The notes below the pieces were generated by a model. That model made no database searches and had not been told where the DNA came from. It worked only from the letters and a program-made list of their open reading frames with translations. Below are positions 37,875 through 46,974 of a DNA stretch of 64,000 nucleotides, in pieces; the first letter of the stretch is position 1; every line of letters starts with the position of its first letter. This stretch comes from a virus (Duplodnaviria > Caudoviricetes): the IMG/VR virus record IMGVR_UViG_2511231106_000002, positions 35,953-99,952 of that record; one strand, written 5' to 3'. The position numbers and the translations under genes were made by a program.

Positions 37875-38062
37875 GAGCTAGGCACCTTCCCTTCTGCAAT
37901 AGCGATTGCTTGTTCCTGTTGCGCTTTCTTTTCTTCTTCCATGGCGCATAAGCAAAACAGTTTTTCTGTTCTAGATAGCGAAAAGAAATATGCCAGCGGG
38001 TGCCCTTTGAGGACCAGATAGGCAGCCGTAGTCGCCTCCCAGTCCTCCTTGATCAGTTTTTT
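37856..38062 (-). CDS. -1 frameshift extension of the tail assembly chaperone (lambda G-T analogue)
   Basis: A AAA AAC slippery heptamer before TGA; -1 frame open: LIKEDWEATTAAYLVLKGHPLAYFF... Confidence 0.8.
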   Translation of the reverse strand, partial: KKLIKEDWEATTAAYLVLKGHPLAYFFSLSRTEKLFCLCAMEEEKKAQQEQAIAIAEGKVPSSWRTTN

Positions 38063-38415
38063 ACTTCTTCATGGACCTTTGCTTCCACGCTTTCGCCGTA
38101 GCCAGCTTTGGCCATGACAGCCTTGGCAATGGCCGTTACTTCGCCAGGTTCGAAGAGCTTTTTCACGATATCGAGCGGTTCACTGCAGCCGTAAGCCTTC
38201 TGCAGTTTGTCATCCTTCAGATTTGGAGATGTGCACAGGTTGTAGACCATGTACTCATCGTTATCTTCTGTTAGATCAAGCACTTCTGCGACAAAGGCTT
38301 TTGTTGGTTTTTTCATTGTGATTGTGCCAACGGATGTCTCCAGGTCATACTCTTCTTTCCGCTTCTTTTCAATCGTTTCTTTCTGAGCAATCAATTCTTC
38401 AATAGATACAGCCAT
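38053..38415 (-). CDS. Tail assembly chaperone (XkdN-like)
   Basis: PNLKD..LQKAYG..EP.DIV..LF.PGEV; ends EEVKN. Confidence 0.88.
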   Translation of the reverse strand: MAVSIEELIAQKETIEKKRKEEYDLETSVGTITMKKPTKAFVAEVLDLTEDNDEYMVYNLCTSPNLKDDKLQKAYGCSEPLDIVKKLFEPGEVTAIAKAVMAKAGYGESVEAKVHEEVKN

Positions 38416-38473
38416 TTCAATACCTCCTTACATGTAAAAAGGAGCCAACGGGCTTTGTTAGCTCCTATATGAT

Positions 38474-38929
38474 TCATTCCACCGTTTCCATGAACTGCGC
38501 ATCCTGCGGCGTAAATCCAAAAGGAAGATCCTTTTCCACGACCTTTCCCTTTTCAAAAGTCATAAGCTGCAGTTCGTTGAACCAGACATTATCGATCACG
38601 ACGCGTTCCTTTTGTCCATCAATGGCATCGGGATCATCAATCAGCGCCGTCATCTGGAATCTCGGATCATGTCCGCTCTTCCATTCTTCCAAAACGGCGG
38701 CAATATTGCGGTTGATGACGCTCTTGATGGTCAGTGTGCCTTCCCCTTTGAGGCTCACAATCTTAGAGTCTTCAGAGATATCACAAGTTACGTCTTCCCG
38801 GTTGGCAATGACCTTACATTCATATTTTTGGATTTCAAAAATCAATTCGCCGTTGCACCAGACCTTACCATAAGACCCATTCCAACGGCGACGTCCTCTA
38901 TATTTCACGTCATATTCGCTTCTGTTCAT
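38474..38929 (-). CDS. Tail tube protein (XkdM family)
   Basis: DDPDA.DGQKERV....VWFNEL. Confidence 0.9.
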   Translation of the reverse strand: MNRSEYDVKYRGRRRWNGSYGKVWCNGELIFEIQKYECKVIANREDVTCDISEDSKIVSLKGEGTLTIKSVINRNIAAVLEEWKSGHDPRFQMTALIDDPDAIDGQKERVVIDNVWFNELQLMTFEKGKVVEKDLPFGFTPQDAQFMETVE

Positions 38930-38944
38930 GCTTCAAAACCCTCC

Positions 38945-40075
38945 TTAGAACGTAAAGTTGATGGTCAGGTCTTCCATAGCGTTGACCGGTTTCACGCTGC
39001 CAGCAAGTGCCACTTTGGTGCCAGTGTTGTACTGACGGATTTGCATCTTGGTCATTTCGGTTGGATCATCGCCATGGAGTTTTGCGTAATTAGCCTGGAA
39101 CTGCTCATCAATGTCCACCGTGTTATTGCCATTCTGGTCCAACACATTGCCCTTGATGCCTTCGAAGTATACCTTGATGGCTCCAATGAACAGCATCTTG
39201 CGGTCGTAGTCGTTGATGTACTTGCCTACGTAATACTTCTTAAATGTGTCACGAATATCGTCGGTAATCATATCCAAAGCTTCAATGATTTTAATGTACC
39301 GATAGTCCTCACCTTTATCCGTGGTAAAAGTAGTCAAGCTGTTACAAGCCCGGGCAATCTTAACTCCATCGCCATCCTGTTCATCAAGCAGCAGCATTTC
39401 CCCCTTATCAATCAGGGTATTGATATCCTCGTAGACTTCGACGCTCTCGACTTCAGTAAGCTTAAAGTAAGTCGCACTGCGGTCTAAAGCAAGGCCTGCC
39501 AAGATACCCGCAATCCTCGCCGTATACTGCAGGGCCGTATAATTTGTATAAACCGGCTTGCCAGTGGGATCCGTATCGGTCTGTACCTTAATGTCGTTCG
39601 TGCAAAAATTAACGATGCCTTCGTGGTCTGCAGCCTGATCAGCCAGGACAGCCTTAAAAGTCTTGCGCTTGATGGTCCGCTGCGTCTTAATCCAGCTGGC
39701 AAGGTCCTGCTGCTCCTGAGTAGTGGCCGTTGGCGCACACAACCAGTTCCATTTGATGGACGCAAGCATTTTAAGCACGTTCGCCTGAGTATTCTCAGCC
39801 TCTTCCACAGATTCCAATGGCAGCGTATAAACCAAAATCCTCAAAGGCGTCCCCAGCAAACACTTCTTGATCAAGTCAATATTGCCTTCAGTAAAGACTT
39901 CTTCCGGGATATCGGAAACATCTCGAATCGTATAATTTTTAATTTCATCAGTAGAATTGTTGTGCAAGATCATCGCAACAATTCCGCGGGCACTCCGCTT
40001 GATCGCAGTTGTAGCTTTCGTCCGGAAATTAATGATGACCTCGGGCAATCCAAACAGTTCCTGTTCATTCGCCAT
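38945..40075 (-). CDS. Tail sheath protein
   Basis: AIKRSARGIV, RIAGILAGL, RACNSLTT, NAMEDL. Confidence 0.9.
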   Translation of the reverse strand: MANEQELFGLPEVIINFRTKATTAIKRSARGIVAMILHNNSTDEIKNYTIRDVSDIPEEVFTEGNIDLIKKCLLGTPLRILVYTLPLESVEEAENTQANVLKMLASIKWNWLCAPTATTQEQQDLASWIKTQRTIKRKTFKAVLADQAADHEGIVNFCTNDIKVQTDTDPTGKPVYTNYTALQYTARIAGILAGLALDRSATYFKLTEVESVEVYEDINTLIDKGEMLLLDEQDGDGVKIARACNSLTTFTTDKGEDYRYIKIIEALDMITDDIRDTFKKYYVGKYINDYDRKMLFIGAIKVYFEGIKGNVLDQNGNNTVDIDEQFQANYAKLHGDDPTEMTKMQIRQYNTGTKVALAGSVKPVNAMEDLTINFTF

Positions 40076-40088
40076 TCGTCATTCCTCC

Positions 40089-40568
40089 TTAATCTTTTTC
40101 AGTCATTTCTGTTCCATTCAGGGTAAATACCAAAGTCTGCACCAGTTCACCACGGATATAACCAACTTCCTCATCCGTCCAGGCATCCGTGAACTGGAGG
40201 TCGAATATGTAGTGCAGCACATCATCCACCATGGTCGTTTCGGCCAACAGGATGGTGATGTACCGGTCCCCCACCTGCAGGTAAGGCCTGAACAGCAGGT
40301 CCAATGCGTCAGCTACATCAAAAACATCAGTACGATTCACTCTACCTTTGGCATCTTTTGGATGGATATACGTTACATCCACCTGGATCGTTCGGTCGTA
40401 ATAAACATCGTCAAGAGTTGTGTTAATACTAGTGGTAAATTCCACATAAAAATAAGGCGCCTTCGACTTTTCAACGTTGTCGAAATGCACCTTACAATTT
40501 GGATATTTGGTTTTTAGTTTCTCCGTAATAGCAGCCTTGAGGTTTCTCAATGCAATCAACGGCATCAC
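40089..40568 (-). CDS. Tail terminator/completion protein
   Basis: Position; PYFYVE, VDDVLHY.FDL. Confidence 0.72.
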   Translation of the reverse strand: MMPLIALRNLKAAITEKLKTKYPNCKVHFDNVEKSKAPYFYVEFTTSINTTLDDVYYDRTIQVDVTYIHPKDAKGRVNRTDVFDVADALDLLFRPYLQVGDRYITILLAETTMVDDVLHYIFDLQFTDAWTDEEVGYIRGELVQTLVFTLNGTEMTEKD

Positions 40569-40930
40569 CCTCCCAGTATGGTCTTTAAGATGGCTTCACA
40601 ATCAGCTTCAAAGCTTTTGCTCGCTTGAAGGAGTCCTCGATGCAACATTTTTCGGCCTTTCACAAAGCCTCCTTTTGGAGTTCGGTGTCCGTATTCGACG
40701 TGCGCAGCATAGTCCACGTTATTGTAAATTTCGACTTTCCCCTGGACTGCCCTTGACCGCTTCCATCCAGTTTTAAGCCTCCCGGTATCAGTCGGGGTGT
40801 TTTCCTTGACTCTCCCCAAGACAACCTCAGCTTCTTGCCTAACGAACATGTCCATCTTACGGACCCCCTGGTCTTCAACTTGCTTCAAACGGTCCTCAAA
40901 AATGTCAAACCCACCAAAATGAATCCCCAT
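40565..40930 (-). CDS. HK97 gp10-like protein
   Basis: TPTDTGRLK.GW, YAAHVEYGHR, FVKG..ML. Confidence 0.88.
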   Translation of the reverse strand: MGIHFGGFDIFEDRLKQVEDQGVRKMDMFVRQEAEVVLGRVKENTPTDTGRLKTGWKRSRAVQGKVEIYNNVDYAAHVEYGHRTPKGGFVKGRKMLHRGLLQASKSFEADCEAILKTILGG

Positions 40931-41299
40931 TTACGCCTCCTCCGTCCTTCTCACGATAACCTCTACATGGTCTGGATAATAGAAGGGTTGAGCAGCATTC
41001 AGTTGGAGAGTTTGGCCTTCATGGGTAACAGTCAGGATATCGTTGGGTAACACAATAATGGCTGGGTCCATGTCGACCCGCAAGTCATTCCTCATGACAA
41101 AGGCCCTCGCATCCTGTTCGCTCTGCAGACTCTTGCCATATTGACTAAGCTTGCAAGGGATATCCTTATAGACGTCCTTCGCAGTGAAGATGTCGGCCCC
41201 TTCTTCATCTAGAGCAATTTCTTGCCTTGTTACCGTAACCCTGTCACGATACATATACTGTGCTAAGAGAGCCTTACACCGGGCCCACGGCGCCATCAT
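40931..41299 (-). CDS. Head closure / head-tail adaptor
   Basis: Position; VY.DIPCKLS, Y.DH.EV. Confidence 0.7.
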   Translation of the reverse strand: MMAPWARCKALLAQYMYRDRVTVTRQEIALDEEGADIFTAKDVYKDIPCKLSQYGKSLQSEQDARAFVMRNDLRVDMDPAIIVLPNDILTVTHEGQTLQLNAAQPFYYPDHVEVIVRRTEEA

Positions 41300-41676
41300 T
41301 CTCTCCACCTTACCTTTCTGTAGAGGTTTAGTCGGGGACGCAAAGCATATAGGTCGCTTTCGATGGTACTCCCAGTCTGAGGAACCTCAGTAACGGCGAA
41401 CTGGTACTCCGTGTCATCTTGCTTGATGGATTTTAAAGCACTGCGACCTCCGTTCTCCAGGTCCTCTAACCAACGGACAATGATAGCAGCCCCTGCTACG
41501 CAAAGTGCTTGCGGGAAATCATCTCGGTTACAATAATCCAAGACTTCCCCCACAAAGTACCTAGCGTAAAGATCCAGTTTATCATCCGCAGGTTTCCCTC
41601 GGATTGTGACTACATTTTCCTTAATCTCTGAAGTAGCTGCAGCTGGTTCCAGATAGGTAGTAGCCATATACATCAC
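41296..41676 (-). CDS. Head-tail connector (SPP1 gp15-like)
   Basis: VLDYCNRDDFP.AL, KSIK.DDT...F, LN.YRK. Confidence 0.82.
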   Translation of the reverse strand: MMYMATTYLEPAAATSEIKENVVTIRGKPADDKLDLYARYFVGEVLDYCNRDDFPQALCVAGAAIIVRWLEDLENGGRSALKSIKQDDTEYQFAVTEVPQTGSTIESDLYALRPRLNLYRKVRWRE

Positions 41677-41691
41677 CTCATTTCAGGCATG

Positions 41692-41725
41692 AAAAAAGCA
41701 CCAGGCATTGCTGCTAGGTGCTTTC
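41692..41725 (-). terminator. Intrinsic terminator after the MuF cassette
   Basis: AAAGCACC...GGTGCTTTTTT. Confidence 0.65.
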
Positions 41726-41726
41726 G

Positions 41727-41918
41727 TTATTCAATATGTACAGGTGGGTCGTTCCACGGAAGATTGTTTACCTTTTTGTATAGTTCAAAGCTTTCTATCG
41801 CCTTTTTGGGGGCTTTATCAGTAAGAATAAAACGGTCTCTTTTCTCGCTGATAACATACCACTTTTTATCTTTCATCCAGTCCATTGCGGTATGATATCG
41901 GATTGACATTTTACTCAT
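41727..41918 (-). CDS. Small protein coupled to MuF (candidate immunity)
   Basis: 63 aa; ATGA overlap with the MuF stop; AT-rich. Confidence 0.65.
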   Translation of the reverse strand: MSKMSIRYHTAMDWMKDKKWYVISEKRDRFILTDKAPKKAIESFELYKKVNNLPWNDPPVHIE

Positions 41919-43720
41919 AACAGCACCCCCTTTTTAATTATTTTACGATAGTTTTCAAAATATTTCAATATAAACGAGTCATGTCTTCCACTTCTCAATG
42001 CAGCTAATAGTTCACTTGTTATTTCCGTTCCATCCATTTTGAATGCGCAATATTGAGAAACGCTATCATATAAAAATTGATATAAATCCGCATCTTTTAT
42101 ATGTAAAAGTTTCTCCAGAATTTGCTGCGCATTGATTTTGTAAACGAAATCAAGAACATGACCGAACTCATGATCCAGGATTGATTTATAATCAGTCCCT
42201 TTCACAAACCATCCAGCATCAACAGCTTTTTGATATTCTTCCTCTAGCCGCGTTTTGCTTCGAAAGGCATTTGCATTGATGGAAATTATACGTCCATTAG
42301 TTATCGCAAAATCATCGCTGTTCAAAGCATGTATCAGTGCAAGGGTTAAGGGATGTTTGGCATCCACAACTTCAGGAAATTCCATTAAGTTCTGATTCAG
42401 AGTATCAATGGACTCCTTGATAAGATCTACATCACCATCAAATTTTCTGAATCCGGACAGACTGATTCCCTTTGCACTGGCATAATCTCGCAGCTCCTTA
42501 TATTGTTCCCGGGTAATGATGTTATCCGGGTTCGGAGCTGGCCAATCTATTTCGTTGCCATCAGCGGACATTCTAGGGATTTTCTCTCCTTCATATACCT
42601 TCACCGTATTCCCGTCAGTACCATTTGTCGCTATATCCACCAGAACGGCCTTTCCAGCATGAGGATTTTTTGGCAGAGTTTGGGCCTGTACAACATACTT
42701 TTCTTCCCATTCCGGATAGGTCATATCTGCAGGCACATAGTAATTCTTTCCTTCTGCAGTCCTAGCGATTCGGGTCCCACCGCGTTTATGATCATCATCT
42801 GGGCCATAAATGCTACCGGATATGGTAGAGCGGCAGTTTGGATGTAGGGGCGGTAAATTGTCACCTGGAGAGGCTTCTTCCACACTTATGATACTTCCAT
42901 CATGAAAGCGGCAAATATCTGTTGTACGGCTGTCCAGCGTGGCCATAAACCGGTAATAATGCATGCCTGCATCCTTGACGCTTCGCAGCGCGGCCATGTT
43001 CTCCACATAGTTCAGTTCAGTGCGCACAAGGCGAGTAGCATGACTGGTTGCCACATTCATTTGGTTTGCAATCCGCTTAGAAATTGTACTAACCGATTCA
43101 CCTCGATGAATCGCAGCCGTCATTTCCTGCTGCAGCGTTCTGCCCAGGAGTTTTTGATTCTTCCAAATCCGTTCAGAATAGTTCTTCCCGCTCCAACGAT
43201 TGCGCAAGACATCCTCCAGGCTTTGATTCGTCACTGCAACCCGCGGGGCCTTTAAACCCATGGTCCTTCCGATTTCATACATGCCGTGAAAATAGTTGTC
43301 TTTGTAGGCATCTGTCAGGAAACTTTTCATGGCTGAATCCGTTTTTCGACCCAGGCTATCAAGCTCCATGAGCGTTTCGGCATATAGTTTATCCAACCGG
43401 CTGATTCGGCTGCGCATAGCAAGGGTGTTGAGTTCCTTCAGGAGCCCAACTTCCCCCGCACCAATCTTCTTCACATAGGTATCAATGGTATACCGCCATT
43501 TCCTAAATTCGGTCCCTTGCAGAAGCTTCCTGGCGTCGGTCATGCTCAGCTGGTTGTCCTTGGCAAAACGTCCATATAGCGCCTGGATGTCTTTCTGGAT
43601 TTCCTCCAGCGAAGAAGCGTAGTACCGGGCCAGTTCTTTTTCAATCGTTTCCTGGGATTTTTTGTGCCAGTAACGTTCCCGCTCATCGGCGCGTCTGGCC
43701 CAATACTGCTCGCTGTCCAT
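41915..43720 (-). CDS. MuF (SPP1 gp7) minor head protein with C-terminal HExxH domain
   Basis: RLVRTE, ATLD.RT..IC, PPLHPNCRS, Y.VP.DMTY.EW; extension with DHEFGH...E..SE. Confidence 0.88.
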   Translation of the reverse strand: MDSEQYWARRADERERYWHKKSQETIEKELARYYASSLEEIQKDIQALYGRFAKDNQLSMTDARKLLQGTEFRKWRYTIDTYVKKIGAGEVGLLKELNTLAMRSRISRLDKLYAETLMELDSLGRKTDSAMKSFLTDAYKDNYFHGMYEIGRTMGLKAPRVAVTNQSLEDVLRNRWSGKNYSERIWKNQKLLGRTLQQEMTAAIHRGESVSTISKRIANQMNVATSHATRLVRTELNYVENMAALRSVKDAGMHYYRFMATLDSRTTDICRFHDGSIISVEEASPGDNLPPLHPNCRSTISGSIYGPDDDHKRGGTRIARTAEGKNYYVPADMTYPEWEEKYVVQAQTLPKNPHAGKAVLVDIATNGTDGNTVKVYEGEKIPRMSADGNEIDWPAPNPDNIITREQYKELRDYASAKGISLSGFRKFDGDVDLIKESIDTLNQNLMEFPEVVDAKHPLTLALIHALNSDDFAITNGRIISINANAFRSKTRLEEEYQKAVDAGWFVKGTDYKSILDHEFGHVLDFVYKINAQQILEKLLHIKDADLYQFLYDSVSQYCAFKMDGTEITSELLAALRSGRHDSFILKYFENYRKIIKKGVLL

Positions 43721-43735
43721 CCAGCATCACTCCTA

Positions 43736-44704
43736 TCAGCCTAATTTGTGCTTAATGGCTACCAGTCGAACCTGCTTGGATTCATATACCCGATTCCAGT
43801 TGGTCCCATTGGACAGTTCCTCACGAGTAGGAGATTCCACTGCAGCCCGTTGCTTATTGGTCCAAGCAACACCCCGCGGATGCATGATGAAGGCATGGCG
43901 GTTATACAGAATATCCACACCAGCGCCCAGGTTTGGGTCACGGTTTACTTCGGTCTGTACAAAATCAACAGGAGATCCTTCACCAAAAGCGATGGCACCA
44001 GCGCCAAATAGGTACGTGGTATAAACTCCGTCCGCAACAGGACAACCATCATCAACAATGACTCGACGATCCTGATAGGTATCAAATTCCACAGAATTGG
44101 AATCCCGTTCCGTGACAATCAAGTTCTGTTTCTTCAGGTAAGCCTTTGTTGCAGAATGCATGGCCACAGCGGTCAGCTGGTCCTGGGCGTCTCCCATGAG
44201 CTGCAATGCATCAATGAAAGCTGCAGCAGAAATATTAGCAGCCTTGCCAGAGCCGGTAGAAATATCCTTCACGTGGTCTTTCATGCTGTCGGAAGCAAAA
44301 ACGCCAGCCAAGATGGCAATCAATTCCTTCTGGTACTGGCGGACCCAGTAATCCGCAACGAGGTTCCCAATGGCTGCCATGGGGTCTGCGCCTGCCAGTG
44401 CTCCAGACAGGTTCGTCGCGCTCCAGGCATTCTGCCGCATAATGGTCGTGGAAACGTCCTTATTGGACGTAATTTTGTTCTGTTCGATTTTGGTGCCTTC
44501 GACAATGTTCTGGGCATCACCAGTCAGATCTTCGAAGAAAGGCATGTTGTGAGTCCGAGCCGCTTCACCAGCAAGGGCATCAAACTCAGGGGATCTTTGG
44601 ATAATGCCAGATTTAAAAAGGGCAGAGCGTTCTGCCGTATGGTTAATGACATAGGGGTTAAATAATTCAGGGACGATAACGTCTTTAAGCGTCGTTCCAG
44701 CCAT
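43736..44704 (-). CDS. Major capsid protein
   Basis: T.L.DVIVPELFNPY, MPFF.DL.G, DPM.AI, HPRG; follows scaffold. Confidence 0.9.
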   Translation of the reverse strand: MAGTTLKDVIVPELFNPYVINHTAERSALFKSGIIQRSPEFDALAGEAARTHNMPFFEDLTGDAQNIVEGTKIEQNKITSNKDVSTTIMRQNAWSATNLSGALAGADPMAAIGNLVADYWVRQYQKELIAILAGVFASDSMKDHVKDISTGSGKAANISAAAFIDALQLMGDAQDQLTAVAMHSATKAYLKKQNLIVTERDSNSVEFDTYQDRRVIVDDGCPVADGVYTTYLFGAGAIAFGEGSPVDFVQTEVNRDPNLGAGVDILYNRHAFIMHPRGVAWTNKQRAAVESPTREELSNGTNWNRVYESKQVRLVAIKHKLG

Positions 44705-44718
44705 GGATAATTCCTCCT

Positions 44719-45342
44719 TTAAATCTTGACCCCAGCCGCGGAGGCCATTTCCCGGGCCTTTTCAGGGTTTTCTTTGAGCAGTTGGCCTTGTTTCGTCAGG
44801 TTGAAGGTTTCTTTCGCAAACGGATTATCCATCAAGGGCCCGCTCCCACCACGGGGATAATAGCCAGGCATTCCGCCCTCCTGTTTGAACAGGAAAGGTT
44901 TCGTTTTACGCAGATCTTCGACCTGTTCTTTAAGTCCGGAGACTTTTCCGTCTTCTCCGAGGACGAGGGCATCACGCTTGATCAGGCTGGAAACAATATC
45001 CAGGTCTTGAACAGATTCTCCCAGAGCCAGTTTGATTGCGCTGTCAAGCTGCAGAGTCTTAATTCGCGCATCCGCGGCTTCCCTCTGTTCCTTGTTTGCC
45101 TTTTGCAGGTCTTCAATCTGAGCTTTCAAACTTTCATTGTCTCCGGCAGCCTTTTTCAGGGTAGTCAGCTGCTTGTCACGGTCTGCAATTTGAGCAACCA
45201 GGTCTTTGTTCTTTTCATTGATTTCGTTAAAACGAGCCTTTGGGATATAGGACCCATCCAGAAACGCCTTAATTGCATCCGTGGCCATCGCTTGACCTTC
45301 CTGCGCAATGCCAAGATTCTTAATCAACTCTTCAATATTCAT
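44719..45342 (-). CDS. Scaffolding protein (GP20-like)
   Basis: YIPKARF.E.N, GL.EQ...L...KPFLF, NPF.KETFNLT.QG. Confidence 0.88.
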   Translation of the reverse strand: MNIEELIKNLGIAQEGQAMATDAIKAFLDGSYIPKARFNEINEKNKDLVAQIADRDKQLTTLKKAAGDNESLKAQIEDLQKANKEQREAADARIKTLQLDSAIKLALGESVQDLDIVSSLIKRDALVLGEDGKVSGLKEQVEDLRKTKPFLFKQEGGMPGYYPRGGSGPLMDNPFAKETFNLTKQGQLLKENPEKAREMASAAGVKI

Positions 45343-45400
45343 GTTTTCTCCTTCCGGTTTTTACCGAGGTTCACCTGCCTCGAATGAGAATGTAACTAGC

Positions 45401-45550
45401 TTATTTTTCACTAGACCCGCCATAGAGTGTATTGGTTTCCAAACATTCCTGAATCATCCGGCAAATTTCGTATTCATTCCGGTCTTTTACCTTCATGATG
45501 GGAAAATCTGCCCCAAAGGCATCAATGTAAGCCAGCAGCAATTTAAGCAT
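45401..45550 (-). CDS. Small hypothetical protein (49 aa; not in ORF track)
   Basis: GGAGGTGA RBS; MLKLLLAYIDAFGADFP...MIQECLETNTLY; overlaps the portal stop. Confidence 0.65.
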   Translation of the reverse strand: MLKLLLAYIDAFGADFPIMKVKDRNEYEICRMIQECLETNTLYGGSSEK

Positions 45551-46970
45551 TCTCGTCACCTCCTCCATCCTTCAGGTCAGAATAAGGGTCCATACGCGCA
45601 GCCTGGGCCTGTTCTTCTGCCAAAAGCTCCTTTTCTTCATCGGACACATCTTCAACGAAAGGATGGTTCTTGAGCAGCGTTTTGCGGCTCACAATGCCTT
45701 CCGACTTGGCGCACATATCCACCAGTTCTGCATCGTTGCGAACTGCCGTGCGGGTCCAGGTCTGGATGATTCCAGTTCTAGCCTTTCCAAGCTGTTCCAT
45801 TCCATGGAATCTTAAAATTGCTCGGATCAGTTCGTTAAAACTTAAGGAAAATTCCGTTTCTGTCAGCCCCGCCTTCAGTTCCAACAGAGCATATAAGAAT
45901 TTCATGGCCTCGCCAGAAGTCTTATCCATGCCTTGCTGCTCAGGGTCAACACCCTGGCCCATGCTGAAGATAGCCTTACGGGTAATGTCCAGCATCTTGT
46001 CCCGCGCTTCAACGGGAATATTGATGGTAAGGGTAGAAACATTCCCGCCCGACCCCGTCCCACCATCTTCCAGGCTAATGGCTTTGTAATATTTTAGTTC
46101 CTTCAGGAACTGCCCAAGGTCTTCACCGCCATAATTGGTTAAGACAAAAATTACTTCCTGAATGTCTTCCAGGTCGTTTAGAAAACCTGAAAAAACCCGG
46201 TCATAGCAGTCAATGAGTTTTTTGACCTGGTCTAGATCACTGGCAGCGCTGCTGTTATTCTGGAAGGGAATAAACGGCACCCTGCCAAACTTGTGATTGT
46301 ATACATTACTATCGGTCTCTGGCATATCAATCAATAGCATGCCCGATGCAAACCGTGCCCACGGCACAAGGCTGTCCAGGCCTTCATCACTCCGTTTGCG
46401 GAATGTCTGGCACTGTTTATCGTCCCAAATCTCATATAGGTCCCATGTTTTTCCATCATCGTCAATATCTTGGTAGGCCCTCAGGCAGGCAACTAGGCTG
46501 TGGTCCAGATCCGTGGACCATACGGGAATGACTTCTTCACTGGGGACCACACCCCAATGAAACTCGGTATCCTGCCCTTGCCAGTAGTGGACCCATCCGA
46601 TGCCAGCATTACAGGCGTTCACGCACAGTTCCATACATTTCTTTTTGTAGGCGTCACCAAGATCTTCCTGGATTTGTTCATTCGCCCTATCGTCTTTAAC
46701 ATCAAACAAAGGTGGCGCCGTGAACATATAGGACGCCTTTTGATTGACCAGCAACTGATAAAAAGAAAAGGGGATCCTGTTGTCTGCCTTTCGCAGTGGA
46801 TTCTCCATTGCGGATTCTCCCATGTTCACTTCTTGCCTTTGTTTCGACGCTGCATAGAGGATATCGTTATTGACCAGGTAGTAGCGCTTTGCGGTCATCG
46901 CCTGTGAAATAAACGCCGCATGCCCGGCTGTATATTTTTTGATAAGCTGTTTGGCAGCTTCAATGTTCAT
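45543..46970 (-). CDS. Portal protein, SPP1 family
   Basis: LVNQKASY, H.FGRVPFIPF.NN, K.LID.YD, SG.A.KF.Y. Confidence 0.93.
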   Translation of the reverse strand: MNIEAAKQLIKKYTAGHAAFISQAMTAKRYYLVNNDILYAASKQRQEVNMGESAMENPLRKADNRIPFSFYQLLVNQKASYMFTAPPLFDVKDDRANEQIQEDLGDAYKKKCMELCVNACNAGIGWVHYWQGQDTEFHWGVVPSEEVIPVWSTDLDHSLVACLRAYQDIDDDGKTWDLYEIWDDKQCQTFRKRSDEGLDSLVPWARFASGMLLIDMPETDSNVYNHKFGRVPFIPFQNNSSAASDLDQVKKLIDCYDRVFSGFLNDLEDIQEVIFVLTNYGGEDLGQFLKELKYYKAISLEDGGTGSGGNVSTLTINIPVEARDKMLDITRKAIFSMGQGVDPEQQGMDKTSGEAMKFLYALLELKAGLTETEFSLSFNELIRAILRFHGMEQLGKARTGIIQTWTRTAVRNDAELVDMCAKSEGIVSRKTLLKNHPFVEDVSDEEKELLAEEQAQAARMDPYSDLKDGGGDENA

Positions 46971-46974
46971 AGAA

